Positions 30,810 through 40,418 of a stretch of 64,000 bases of DNA are shown piece by piece. The translations under genes and the position numbers were made by a program. The notes under the pieces were generated by a model. That model was not told where the DNA came from and made no database searches. It saw only the letters and a program-made list of their open reading frames with translations. Origin of the DNA: Trueperaceae bacterium (lineage in GTDB: Bacteria > Deinococcota > Deinococci > Deinococcales > Trueperaceae); assembly GCA_965215565.1 (NCBI GenBank), contig CBDCDZ010000004.1:352001-416000 (forward strand). The letters are read 5' to 3'. Numbering within the stretch: the stretch's first letter is position 1; every line of letters starts with the position of its first letter.

Positions 30810-31447
30810 TACGAATTTACCGGCTCGCCCACGAGCTGGCGCTCGCCAAAAACCCCCAACCTTTTCAGCCTGCTCCTAGTGAGAACCGCTGGAACTCGGT
30901 CGGCACGCAAGTGGCTTATGGCGGAGAACATATTGCGCTTAGCGCGTTGGAACTCCTGACCTGTTGGGGACACTATCCCAACATGCGTGGTTATCAGCTC
31001 TTTACGCTCGACATTCGCTCTGAAGACGTAGAGGATGTGCTTGATCAGCGTCCTAATATCGACCCAAACGACTACAGTCAAACGCGCCGCTACGGAGATA
31101 GTTGGGTCGAGGAAGGGCGTTCGCTGGCGCTTAAAGTGCCGAGCGTGGTCGTCCCGATGAGCTACAACTACCTCGTCAATCCTGATCACCCTGCTTTCGA
31201 TCCGGAGGCAGTTGCCTTCCGCGGTGCGTTCGAATACGAGGCGAGGATCGCAAAGCTTATCGAGGAAGCGAAAGCAGACCGCCCTTCGAGTCGAAGCTAC
31301 CCTACCTACAGAATCCGTTGTGCGAGAGATGCGCGCGTATGCCGCACAACCTTTGAGGCAGGCAGGGCAAGCTGTGAGCACGTTCTCCTCGGCGCGCCGT
31401 GCAGCTTCGCCGCTTCATACTCTTTTGCGCCTATACTGTCTTCGTGA
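30806..31447 (+). CDS. RES-domain toxin with a read-through C-terminal tail
   Basis: NRWN, ALE, VPSVVVP and NYLVNPDHP motifs; domain ends near 31270 but the ORF crosses site S3. Confidence 0.85.
   Translation: MIRIYRLAHELALAKNPQPFQPAPSENRWNSVGTQVAYGGEHIALSALELLTCWGHYPNMRGYQLFTLDIRSEDVEDVLDQRPNIDPNDYSQTRRYGDSWVEEGRSLALKVPSVVVPMSYNYLVNPDHPAFDPEAVAFRGAFEYEARIAKLIEEAKADRPSSRSYPTYRIRCARDARVCRTTFEAGRASCEHVLLGAPCSFAASYSFAPILSS
31317..31350. repeat. 34-bp site S3
   Basis: GTTGTGCGAGAGAT GCGCGC GTATGCCGCACAAC. Confidence 0.9.
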
Positions 31448-31560
31448 AGCGCTACACCCTCAGATACGCCGCCCTACGTCTCGCCCCCAAGTTGCTGCAC
31501 CCCCACGCTCTGCGTGAACGACATAGTTGTTCAGATCATGGCGCAGGCGAGACATAAAGA

Positions 31561-32169
31561 ATGACGCCCTGGTTTTTGGTAGGGTTTCTCCTCACTGGGC
31601 TCTCCTTCGCACAAACGAGCTGCTTGCCCTCCTGGCAACCGTCCACAGAGACCCAGAGACTCGAGTGGCAGCGCGAGGTAGACGAGTGGGAGAGATACCT
31701 AGCGCTCCTACCTGGCTACCTGAGCCAGCTTCCCGAGGAGCCCGACATGCAGCTCGTCATGCCCGTAGAAGGTATGGGCGTCGCCGAAGTTACCGACACT
31801 TGGGGTGCGCCGCGTGGGGGCGGGCGCGTGCACGCCGGGCAGGACCTCTTCGCGCCGCGCGGCACGCCCGTGTACTCAGCCACCCCTGGCTTTGTCTGGC
31901 GCATCTCGGAGCGCAAACTCGGGGGCAAAACCGTCACCGTAATAGGCGGAGGCGGTCTACGCTACTACTATGCCCACCTAGAGCGCTACGCCGATGGGCT
32001 GCGCGAGGGGCAAGCGGTTACTACTGACACCTTGCTCGGTTACGTCGGCGCGAGCGGCAACGCCAAGAACACACCGCCGCATCTGCACCTGGGCGTCTCG
32101 AGCGGCAATCCTCTAACGTGTGAGCGGGTTGTCTACGACCCTCTACCTAAACTCGTGGACCGGGAGTAG
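31561..32169 (+). CDS. Secreted M23-family peptidase
   Basis: Signal peptide, HAGQD, YYAHL and HLH motifs. Confidence 0.93.
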   Translation: MTPWFLVGFLLTGLSFAQTSCLPSWQPSTETQRLEWQREVDEWERYLALLPGYLSQLPEEPDMQLVMPVEGMGVAEVTDTWGAPRGGGRVHAGQDLFAPRGTPVYSATPGFVWRISERKLGGKTVTVIGGGGLRYYYAHLERYADGLREGQAVTTDTLLGYVGASGNAKNTPPHLHLGVSSGNPLTCERVVYDPLPKLVDRE

Positions 32170-32200
32170 GTCTGGCATTGTTTATTCCTTCGGCCTTAAC

Positions 32201-32234
32201 GTTGTGCGTGTGATGCGCGCATCTCGTGCACAAC
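32201..32234. repeat. 34-bp site S4
   Basis: GTTGTGCGTGTGAT GCGCGC ATCTCGTGCACAAC. Confidence 0.9.
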
Positions 32235-32281
32235 GTCGGTGCGTTCAAGGTATACAGCACCTTCAACGGCGGCTTACAACT

Positions 32282-32545
32282 TTAACGAAGTCTCAAAAGC
32301 TCTCGCACGCGCTGGTGCGGCAGGGCGTGCGCAGTCCGCCCCTCCGCACCCATGGTGGTCTTGGCAGCTACGAGAGCGTTGACGATCGCCTCCTCGACCC
32401 CTTGCACAGTCCCTTCGAACAGCGGCGTCATCAGGCCGCTACTCAGCATCCCGAGCGCCGTTACACCCGAGCGCCTCGCCGCGCCGGAGTTCGCGGTTGA
32501 GAACGCCAAGAAGATATCGCCAGAGGTGTGGGCGCCGTAGCTGCG
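32282..32545 (-). pseudogene. C-terminal fragment of a DmpA/P1 peptidase
   Basis: SGDIFLAFST and VEEAIVNALVAA motifs. Confidence 0.8.
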
Positions 32546-32598
32546 GAAGAGTTGCGAGCGCCTGACGCACAAGGTTAGCTTTGAGAACCTCAGAAGGT

Positions 32599-33297
32599 CT
32601 AGCGCCGCCCTGTCGGGTCCATCGGTGGCTCTTCAGAAAGAGGGCGCATAATATCCGCAAGGTCGTCACGGTCTTTGTAGACGGTGCCGTGTAGCGGACA
32701 AACCGTGCGGAGCGGCTTGTCGAAAACACGCCACTGCTCCGCTAAGCGTTCAGTCATCGCTTCAGTCGGTCCCGGTGAACGCTCCAAGCGCAGCGGCTCC
32801 TGGTCTTGGCGCGGCCCTGGTCCCACCGCGCAGTCGCCTGCTAAGAGAACGCCGCCGTGCGCAGACCAGTAGAGTATCACGGAGCCCGCAGTGTGTCCGG
32901 GAAAGTGGATAGGCTCGAGCCCCGCCTCTTCAAGCACCTCATCCGTCACGGGGTCATCGAACTCAACGCCCGCCTGTTTTGCCTCTGGGTGAGATGCGTC
33001 GGCTGGGTGGAGCAGGATGAGTACGCCGTAGGTCTCTCGCAGCGCCCCGTACGCGTCACCTTGCCCAGCGACGTTGCGGTGCGAGAGGACGAGAACTTTA
33101 GGTGGGTAGCCCTCCTCCGCCAGCTTGTGTATGCCGCCGAGCGTCCAGTTGTAAGGTGCATCGAAGAGAACGGAGTAACCCTCAAAGAGCACGGCGAACG
33201 AATTCGGCGGGCGTCCGCTGCCGGTTGTCGCGCCCGCTTGAGGTAGGAGTACGAGGTCGTCGTAGAGATACTGGGCTTTAGGGGAGAAGAAATCCAT
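32599..33297 (-). CDS. MBL-fold hydrolase-like protein
   Basis: LSHR, PGHTAGS, LAGD and PLHG motifs. Confidence 0.75.
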   Translation of the reverse strand: MDFFSPKAQYLYDDLVLLPQAGATTGSGRPPNSFAVLFEGYSVLFDAPYNWTLGGIHKLAEEGYPPKVLVLSHRNVAGQGDAYGALRETYGVLILLHPADASHPEAKQAGVEFDDPVTDEVLEEAGLEPIHFPGHTAGSVILYWSAHGGVLLAGDCAVGPGPRQDQEPLRLERSPGPTEAMTERLAEQWRVFDKPLRTVCPLHGTVYKDRDDLADIMRPLSEEPPMDPTGRR

Positions 33298-33322
33298 GCA
33301 GGTCCTCCGAATTCGAGCTTAG

Positions 33323-33560
33323 CTAAGTGGTACCAAGAATATCACGCAAGCTCTTGCCCGCCTTCTCGCCAGCTTCCTCGGCACTTAACTCGTCAAAGGC
33401 GTCGGTGAAGACCTCCACCCCGACCGAATTGAGCCCGCCCGTTTGTGACAGGATGCGCACCACGGTTTTAAGGTCGAAGTCGCCCTCGCCCGGCGCTTTG
33501 CGGAAGTGCAAGAGGTCGTAGGGGTGCGTTAGACTTCCTATCCCTGCGTGATCAAGGCGA
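33323..33560 (-). pseudogene. C-terminal fragment of a sugar-phosphate isomerase/epimerase (TIM barrel)
   Basis: R..PGEGDFDL and GVEVF motifs. Confidence 0.65.
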
Positions 33561-33803
33561 CAATGCAACCCGGCTCAACCGGTCGCCGTGGGCGTGGCTA
33601 GCCCACCCGGTAGCTCTCTCAACATAGGCTTTACTTCCCCCCGTGATAATACGAAAGCAAACTAGGCCGAACCGAAGACAGTTTTTCTGCTTCTGCCGCT
33701 GATTGTCGGAGTACTGCACGAATATTAATTTTCTTACAGTTCGCTTACTCTCCCGTAAATATGGCAGGCTTAGAACGCCGCGATCGTTGAGATTTGGAAA
33801 ATC

Positions 33804-33837
33804 GCTGTGCCGCTGTTTTGCGTGCCGGTCGCGTAAA
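33804..33837. repeat. Candidate degenerate 34-bp site upstream of the nuclease gene
   Basis: GCTGTGCCGCTGTT TTGCGT GCCGGTCGCGTAAA; arms fit, core diverged. Confidence 0.4.
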
Positions 33838-34017
33838 ATCTCGAGTTCGAATTTGAGTTTCAGCGTGGTGACCTTTTTAAGGTCACCCGACTCGGGAAGA
33901 AGTGCTAGGCGAAGATCCGCGTCGTTTCCATGACGGTCTACTGAAAGTGTACGATTAGAGTTGTAGCCGTATCCACAGTGACAGCGTGGGGGACTCTACA
34001 AGGTGGAGGTTTCAAAG

Positions 34018-37000
34018 GTGAAACGTGTACAAATTGTGCTGGCTGCCCTCTTCATAGGGCTGCTGGCAGCTTGTGAGAGGGACGTAGCTTCGGAGGTGCC
34101 ACTCTCGGACCTCGCGGCGAGCGACCTCTTCTTCTCCGAATATGTCGAGGGCAGCAGCTCCAACAAAGCGCTGGAGGTCTATAACGGCACCGGCGTGCCG
34201 GTCGACCTCTCGAGCTACTCGGTCGAGATTTACTTCAACGGCAACAGCTCTGCCGGTACGACTATCGACCTGATCGGCGTGGTCGCCGATGGCGACGTAT
34301 TCGTGCTCGCCGACGACGGCGCTGACCCGGCGATCCTGGCTGAAACTGATCAGACCAGTACAAGCAACTTCTTCAACGGCGACGACGCTATCGTGCTCCG
34401 CAACGACGGCGAGGTCGTCGACGCCTTCGGCCGAGTCGGTACCGACCCCGGTTTGCAGTTCGGCAGCGGCGATACCGGCTCTCAGAACAACACGCTGCGC
34501 CGCGCTGCGGACACCATGTCGGGTGACACCGACCCGAACGACGCCTTCGACCCGGCTACCGAGTACGAGGGTTTCGGACAAGACAACTTCGGTGACTTGG
34601 GCATGTTTGATGGTAGCGACCCAGCCCCGTCGATCGTCATCAACGAGGTGGACGCCGACACGCCGGGCTCCGACAGCGCCGAGTTCGTCGAGCTGTACGA
34701 TGGCGGCGCAGGCAGCACCCCGCTTGACGGGCTCGTGGTGGTGTTCTTCAACGGTTCGGACGACGCGTCCTACGAGGCGTTCGACCTAGACGGCCAGACC
34801 ACGGATGAGAACGGTTTCTTCGTCCTCGGTAACCCGGACGTAGCCAACGTCGACCTGGTTTTTGACCCCGGCAACTCTGGGGCGTTGCAAAATGGGGCGG
34901 ACGCGGGGGCGCTCTACCAAGGCGACGCGTCTGACTTCCCCAACGACACGCCGGTCACGACTGACAACCTCGTGGACGCCATCGTGTACGACACCGACGA
35001 CGGCGGCGACAGCGGTTTGCTGGACGGTCTCGGCGAAACCACTCAGTTCAACGAAGATGCGAATAATGACAAGGACAACGAGTCCAACGCTCGCGTGCCA
35101 GACGGGATGGGCGAGTTCACCGCCCAGGCACCGACGCCGGGCGCATCTAATGCTGGCGACGGCGGTAACGGAGGCGGCGACGGCGGTGGTGAGATCGGCC
35201 AGTGCGGTACCGACGCGACACTCATCAGCGCGGTGCAGGGCAGCGGCGCGACCAGCCCGTTGGTCGGCCAGACTGTCGTTATCGAAGGCGTCGTGGTCGG
35301 CGACTTTCAAGCAAGTGACGATGGCATGTTCGGCGACCTGGACGGTTTCCACGTGCAGGAAGAAGTTACCGATTACGACGCGGATGAAGAAACGTCCGAG
35401 GGCGTCTTCGTCTTCACGGGCAGCAGCGACGTGCCGGACGTGCAGGTGGGCCAGACGGTGCGCGTGCGCGGGACAGTCGGCGAATTCGAGAGTTCCGGCT
35501 CCTCGCAGACGCAGATCACCGACCCTACTGTGGTCATCTGCAGTGAGGGTGTCTTGCCCCCGGTGACCGACATTACCTTGCCCGTTCCCCCACGCAACTT
35601 CCTAGAGCGTTACGAAGGCATGTACGTACGCTTCCCGCAGAGCCTCGCCATCAGCGAGTACTTCAACTTCGACCGCTTCGGCGAGATCGTCCTGGCGCGG
35701 CCCCTGCCGGGCGAGGACCGCCCCTACCAGCCGACGGCGGTGAACGAGCCCGGCTCGGAAGCGGCGGCCGAGCGAGACGAAGACAACCGCCTCGCCCGCA
35801 TCACGCTGGACGACGGGCGCAGCAATCAGAACCCCGACCCGGCGCGTCACCCTAACGGCGAGGTGTTCGACCTGGACAACCGCTTCCGCGGCGGTGACCT
35901 CGTACAGAACGCGCTGGGCGTCCTGGATAACACCTTCGGTATCTACCGCGTCCAGCCGACCCAGGGCGCGAACTACACTCGCGTCAACCCGCGCCCGGAG
36001 GAGCCCGAGGCGGTCGGCGGCTCCCTCAAAGTCGCGAGCTTCAACGTGCTCAACTACTTTAACGGCGACGGTCAGGGTGGCGGCTTCCCCACCTCACGCG
36101 GCGCGGACGACCCCGAGGAGTTCCAGCGCCAAGAGGCTAAGATCGTCGCGTCCATCGTCGGTACCGGGGCGGACGTCGTTGGCTTGATCGAAATCGAGAA
36201 CGACCCGGCGGGCGAGACCAGCGCCCTCGACGACCTGACCGAGGCGCTCAACGCGGAGGCGGGCGCGGGCACCTACGACTACATCCGTACTGGTGATATC
36301 GGCACGGACGAGATCAAAGTGGCCTTCATCTACAAGCCGGGTACGGTCACTCCGATCGGCGACCCTGCGGTGCTCACCGAGTTTGAAGGCCGCGACTTCG
36401 TCGACCCGCGCGACATCGGACCCAAGAACCGCCCGGCCTTGGCCCAGACCTTCCGCGAGGAGGCGACCGGCGGCGTACTCACGGTGGTCGTCAACCACTT
36501 TAAGTCGAAGGGCTCGAGCTGCGGTCCGGGCGACGACGACCCGGATCAGGGCAACTGTAACGGCACACGCGCCGACGCTGCCGACATCCTGGTGGACTGG
36601 CTCGCCAGCGACCCCACCGGCAGCGGCGATCCTGACGTACTCGTCATTGGCGACCTCAATGCCTACGACAAGGAAGACCCCATCGACCAGGTTAAGGAAG
36701 GTGCGGACGACGCGGACGGCACCGAGGACGATTACGCCGACCTCAACCTCGCGTTCGAGGGTGAACTGGCCTACTCCTATGTCTTTAGCGGTCAGTTCGG
36801 CTACCTCGACTATGCGTTAGCGAACCAGGCGCTCTTGGACCAGGTCACGGGCCTCACCGAGTGGCACATCAACGCCGACGAGCCGGATATCCTGGACTAT
36901 GACACTACATTCAAAAAAGACCCGCAGGACGCGCTCTTTGAACCCAACCCCTACCGCTCCTCCGATCACGATCCGGTCATCGTAGGGCTCGACCTGACCC

Positions 37001-37422
37001 CGAGCGACGCTGAGGCACCCGTCATCACCCTGAAGCGCTCAGGTCAGACCCTCTTCCCGCCCAACCATAAGTACCGGACGCTCGACCTCGCGCAGATCAT
37101 CGCCTCGGTGAGTGACAACGTGTCCGACCTCTCTGTGTCCGACGTGGTCATCACTCGCGTCACCAGCGACGAGCCGGAGAACGGCACCGGAGACGGCAAT
37201 ACAGATGACGACATCGTCCTCGAGGGCTGCCAGGTGGTGGAGCTCCGGGCCGAGCGGAGCGGGCCTGGGGACGGCCGCGTCTACACGGTCGAGATTGCGG
37301 TGCAAGACCGGGCGGGCAACGTCGGCACGGCCAGCTACCGGGTCGAGGTGCCTAAAGGACGTAAGGACGCGGCTATTGACAGCGGCACGGCCTATAGCGT
37401 CACCGGGTGCGAGCTTCCATAG
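34018..37422 (+). CDS. ExeM/NucH-family extracellular nuclease lipoprotein (two lamin-tail domains, OB fold, EEP domain)
   Basis: LAAC lipobox; FSEYVEGSS.NKALE; SFNVLNYFN, NHFKSKG, GDLNAY and SSDHDPV motifs. Confidence 0.95.
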   Translation: MKRVQIVLAALFIGLLAACERDVASEVPLSDLAASDLFFSEYVEGSSSNKALEVYNGTGVPVDLSSYSVEIYFNGNSSAGTTIDLIGVVADGDVFVLADDGADPAILAETDQTSTSNFFNGDDAIVLRNDGEVVDAFGRVGTDPGLQFGSGDTGSQNNTLRRAADTMSGDTDPNDAFDPATEYEGFGQDNFGDLGMFDGSDPAPSIVINEVDADTPGSDSAEFVELYDGGAGSTPLDGLVVVFFNGSDDASYEAFDLDGQTTDENGFFVLGNPDVANVDLVFDPGNSGALQNGADAGALYQGDASDFPNDTPVTTDNLVDAIVYDTDDGGDSGLLDGLGETTQFNEDANNDKDNESNARVPDGMGEFTAQAPTPGASNAGDGGNGGGDGGGEIGQCGTDATLISAVQGSGATSPLVGQTVVIEGVVVGDFQASDDGMFGDLDGFHVQEEVTDYDADEETSEGVFVFTGSSDVPDVQVGQTVRVRGTVGEFESSGSSQTQITDPTVVICSEGVLPPVTDITLPVPPRNFLERYEGMYVRFPQSLAISEYFNFDRFGEIVLARPLPGEDRPYQPTAVNEPGSEAAAERDEDNRLARITLDDGRSNQNPDPARHPNGEVFDLDNRFRGGDLVQNALGVLDNTFGIYRVQPTQGANYTRVNPRPEEPEAVGGSLKVASFNVLNYFNGDGQGGGFPTSRGADDPEEFQRQEAKIVASIVGTGADVVGLIEIENDPAGETSALDDLTEALNAEAGAGTYDYIRTGDIGTDEIKVAFIYKPGTVTPIGDPAVLTEFEGRDFVDPRDIGPKNRPALAQTFREEATGGVLTVVVNHFKSKGSSCGPGDDDPDQGNCNGTRADAADILVDWLASDPTGSGDPDVLVIGDLNAYDKEDPIDQVKEGADDADGTEDDYADLNLAFEGELAYSYVFSGQFGYLDYALANQALLDQVTGLTEWHINADEPDILDYDTTFKKDPQDALFEPNPYRSSDHDPVIVGLDLTPSDAEAPVITLKRSGQTLFPPNHKYRTLDLAQIIASVSDNVSDLSVSDVVITRVTSDEPENGTGDGNTDDDIVLEGCQVVELRAERSGPGDGRVYTVEIAVQDRAGNVGTASYRVEVPKGRKDAAIDSGTAYSVTGCELP

Positions 37423-37487
37423 GCTCTCGGGATATAGATGGAAAGGTAAGCTGAAGGCTGCTGAGCTTCAACCTAGATGCTGAACTT

Positions 37488-37519
37488 CAACCTCCCCGTC
37501 TTACCGGGGAGGTTGCTTT
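37488..37519 (+). terminator. Terminator-like hairpin after the nuclease gene
   Basis: CAACCTCCCCG...CGGGGAGGTTG stem. Confidence 0.65.
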
Positions 37520-37575
37520 GACGCTCGGTAGACCCACTGATGATAAGGCTAGTTAGCCTCGGCAGACCTAACTTC

Positions 37576-37609
37576 GCTGTGCGGCGAACGCGCGCAACAG
37601 CCGTAGAAG
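37576..37609. repeat. 34-bp site S5, 66 bp upstream of the intact recombinase
   Basis: GCTGTGCGGCGAAC GCGCGC AACAGCCGTAGAAG. Confidence 0.88.
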
Positions 37610-37674
37610 CCCATTACTTCCCCAAGAACGATTCAACTTAAACCTCCGTGCAGACTACAGATCGGAGGTTTTTC

Positions 37675-38565
37675 ATGGACAAACAAGAAGCATCCACTTT
37701 GGCAAGCTGCGTTCAGACGTACTTAAAAGCCCGAAAGTTGGACGGCTACAGCGATAAAACGCTCTACTCCTATAGACTGCATCTGAATCATTTAGCCGCA
37801 GATTTAGGTGATGCTACTCCTATTAGCATGGTTAAGCTCGAGCACCTCCGCACCCACCTCACCAGCCTGACGCACCTGCAAACCTCGAGCCTAGCGAACA
37901 AGGTTCGCGCCCTTAAAGCGTTTTTCAAGTGGCTTTACGAGGAAGAGGTGTTGGAGCGTAACCCCGCGTTGAAGCTGAGGGAGCCGCGCTTGCCAGCTAG
38001 AATACCCAAAGCGCTCTCAGTTGAAGAAGTGGAGCTGCTGCGTGACGCCTGCGAGAGTTTATTGGAGCACGCCCTAGTTGAGTTCTTTTTTGCGACTGGC
38101 TGCAGGGTTAGCGAAATTCATCAACTGGACCGTATCGACCTCGACTGGCTGCGCCGGAGCGTCGTGGTCCTCGGCAAGGGCAACAAGGAGCGTGAGGTGT
38201 ACTTCGGGGCGAAGGCGGCGCTGTGGCTCAAGCGCTACTTGGACAACCGCTCAGACAACACTTTAGCACTGTTCGTCACGAAGCGACGGAGACGTCAGCA
38301 TAGCGGGACTTTAGAACATCAGCGCCTGAGCACCTCGCAAATGCAGCGCATCTTTAAGCGGGTCGCTAAGCGGTGCGAGTTGGAGGAGAAAGTGACGCCG
38401 CACGTGTTGCGCCATACACTCGCCACGCTGCTTCTCAATCAAGGTGCGCCCATCGCTGCCGTGCAATCCATTCTCGGGCACGCCTCACCCACGACTACGC
38501 AGCTCTACGTCAACCTATCCGGGGAATCAAGGCAGATGCTCTATAGGAGGCACTTCCCGCAATGA
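37675..38565 (+). CDS. XerD-like tyrosine recombinase, 296 aa, intact
   Basis: RBS GGAGG; N-terminal SAM-like domain; TGCRVSE, GKGNKER, HVLRH, LGH and TTQLY catalytic set complete. Confidence 0.95.
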   Translation: MDKQEASTLASCVQTYLKARKLDGYSDKTLYSYRLHLNHLAADLGDATPISMVKLEHLRTHLTSLTHLQTSSLANKVRALKAFFKWLYEEEVLERNPALKLREPRLPARIPKALSVEEVELLRDACESLLEHALVEFFFATGCRVSEIHQLDRIDLDWLRRSVVVLGKGNKEREVYFGAKAALWLKRYLDNRSDNTLALFVTKRRRRQHSGTLEHQRLSTSQMQRIFKRVAKRCELEEKVTPHVLRHTLATLLLNQGAPIAAVQSILGHASPTTTQLYVNLSGESRQMLYRRHFPQ

Positions 38566-38626
38566 ACCGCCGCACCTCAGCAAGCACGGGTTTTTGCGCT
38601 ACAATGTTATGTAACTAGGAGTATTC

Positions 38627-38896
38627 ATGGACGCAGCCGCGCTACCCCACCTACCTAAGCTTACAGAGTTGCCGATAAGTCTGCCCACTGACGGTGCGAT
38701 CAATATCGAGATTGTTCAAGGTGTACCTACCTTTCGAGCTTCAACTGCCGTGGTGGGTAGGATCGAGCAGCTCCTCAAGAAAGAGCAAGAAAAGGGGTTG
38801 AGCGTCTCTGAAGCGGATGAACTGGCTCAGTATGAAGAGGTCGATGACTACCTCAGCCATCTGAACCGCGTCGTTTGTAATTTGCAGAGCGCTTAG
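38627..38896 (+). CDS. Small hypothetical protein, partner of the HNH gene (antitoxin-like)
   Basis: Own TACAAT and AGGAG; RIEQLL.K.....LS..E..EL..Y pattern. Confidence 0.7.
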   Translation: MDAAALPHLPKLTELPISLPTDGAINIEIVQGVPTFRASTAVVGRIEQLLKKEQEKGLSVSEADELAQYEEVDDYLSHLNRVVCNLQSA

Positions 38897-38903
38897 CGCG
38901 GGA

Positions 38904-39469
38904 GTGGCGCGACCTAAAGTACCCATCGCTCTAAGAACCGAAGTCAGAGAGCGCGCAAAGTCATTATGCGAGTACTGCCACACCGACGAGACGTGGCAGT
39001 ACGTTCCTTTTACTATCGACCACGTTGTTCCGGTCAGTCTAGGTGGTTCTATAGCAGGAGAGAACCTTGCACTTGCCTGTTTCCACTGCAATCGGTACAA
39101 GGGCGATGCGACTCAGGCTACTGACTCTTCTACGGGTCAAACCGCGCAACTATAGCAGGTATCATCTGGTTTGAGCCAATCTCACACGATAGAACAACGG
39201 CTAGCACGCACATTGTCGGATGATATCTGCGCTATTTCAGTCCAATACTTTTGATAACCGCTATATTTAACCCGAGAACGCAGCGCTGGGCAGAGCACTT
39301 CATCTGGTCGAGCGACAAGCTACGAATCGTTGCGTTGACAGCTACAGGTAGAGCGACATTGCGTGCCTTGAATCTCAACCGTGAGCGGGTACTGCGCATA
39401 CGCGAAGCGGATGTCGCTGTTGGACAGCATCCACCTCATGACGACCCGGTACAGAGTAAAGAGGTTTAG
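38904..39469 (+). pseudogene. HNH endonuclease interrupted by a MITE
   Basis: CEYC, IDHVVP, NL..AC..CN; continues LFNPRTQRWAEHF after removing 39153-39265. Confidence 0.92.
39153..39263. mobile_element. 111-bp MITE with TA duplication
   Basis: TIR TAGCAGGTATCA / TGATAACCGCTA (10/12); removal restores CAA CTA TTT AAC CCG. Confidence 0.9.
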
Positions 39470-39471
39470 GT

Positions 39472-39505
39472 GCTATGCGCGTGATGTGCGCGTTAAGCGC
39501 AGAAG
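39472..39505. repeat. 34-bp site S6
   Basis: GCTATGCGCGTGAT GTGCGC GTTAAGCGCAGAAG, 2 bp after the HNH stop. Confidence 0.85.
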
Positions 39506-39532
39506 CCGTTGGTCAGCTTTCGCTGATAGGTT

Positions 39533-39970
39533 CTAGGCTCCGTCTTTACTCTCCAGCCCCTTATAACATTTTGTTAGCAGCGCACACGCTTGCTCGATCT
39601 CCACTTGTGTCAGCTCCCGCGTCATCCGCTTTTCAACCTCAGCTACCAAACTGTGAGCATGTTCCAAGAGCGCTTGCCCCTCAGCAGTCGGTTTCACCCG
39701 CTGAATACGTCCATGCTCGGGGTGCGGCGAGCGCTCTAGCAGCGCGCCACGCTCAAGCCCGATCACGATCTGGTACATAGTCTGAGGTGTTACGAAACAG
39801 CGGCGAGCAAGTTCGGCATTTGAGAGCCCCTGCTCCTTCACCAGCTCGCCCAACGCGGCGTACTGCGGGGTCGTAAGGTCTAGTGTCGCGAGCGCTGCAT
39901 CCATGTTGCTGCGCAGCGCCGACTGAGCGCGCTTGAGGAGATAGCCGAGAGGATCAGAGGTCAGGTTCAT
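39533..39970 (-). CDS. MarR-family regulator
   Basis: LTTPQY..L, SNAELAR..VTPQ and T.EG motifs. Confidence 0.93.
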   Translation of the reverse strand: MNLTSDPLGYLLKRAQSALRSNMDAALATLDLTTPQYAALGELVKEQGLSNAELARRCFVTPQTMYQIVIGLERGALLERSPHPEHGRIQRVKPTAEGQALLEHAHSLVAEVEKRMTRELTQVEIEQACALLTKCYKGLESKDGA

Positions 39971-39982
39971 GGCTTGGCATTA

Positions 39983-40028
39983 TATCAGGGTACTGATAAT
40001 CTAGCTACAAGTTATCAGGGTACTGATA
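39983..40028. promoter_or_regulatory. Two identical palindromic operators, probably for the MarR
   Basis: TATCAGGGTACTGATA at 39983-39998 and 40013-40028 between divergent genes. Confidence 0.85.
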
Positions 40029-40043
40029 AATAGGAGGTCAAGA

Positions 40044-40418
40044 ATGAATGTAAAAACGAAGGTTGACGGTCCCGACTTCATTGCGCTACAATGGCGCGAT
40101 TTGGACCCTGGCAAACGTTTCTACCACGAGACGCTAGGGCTAGCACTCGCCCCGCAGAGCCCGCCTGGTGCAGTTGTTTTCGCTACCGAGCATATCACCT
40201 TTGCCGTGCGGACGCCGCTCGTCAATCTAGACCTCACCCCACATCGGGGTTATGGCGTGGCACTCTGGTTCAAGGTAGACGACAGCGCGAAGCTACGTGA
40301 CCATCTGGTTGACAAGGGGGTTGAGGTCACGTCGGACCTAGTAGACGGTCCCTTTGGCAAGACCTTTTCCATCCGGGACCCTGAGGGTTACCTCATCACC
40401 CTTCACGACTGTGGCTGA
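40044..40418 (+). CDS. VOC/glyoxalase family protein
   Basis: FY..TLGL and GPFGKTFSIRDPEGY motifs. Confidence 0.92.
   Translation: MNVKTKVDGPDFIALQWRDLDPGKRFYHETLGLALAPQSPPGAVVFATEHITFAVRTPLVNLDLTPHRGYGVALWFKVDDSAKLRDHLVDKGVEVTSDLVDGPFGKTFSIRDPEGYLITLHDCG

Noticed and set aside
33690..33722. Additional 34-bp site
   Set aside because: The arms resemble the consensus, but the core is 5 bp and unrelated; not counted.
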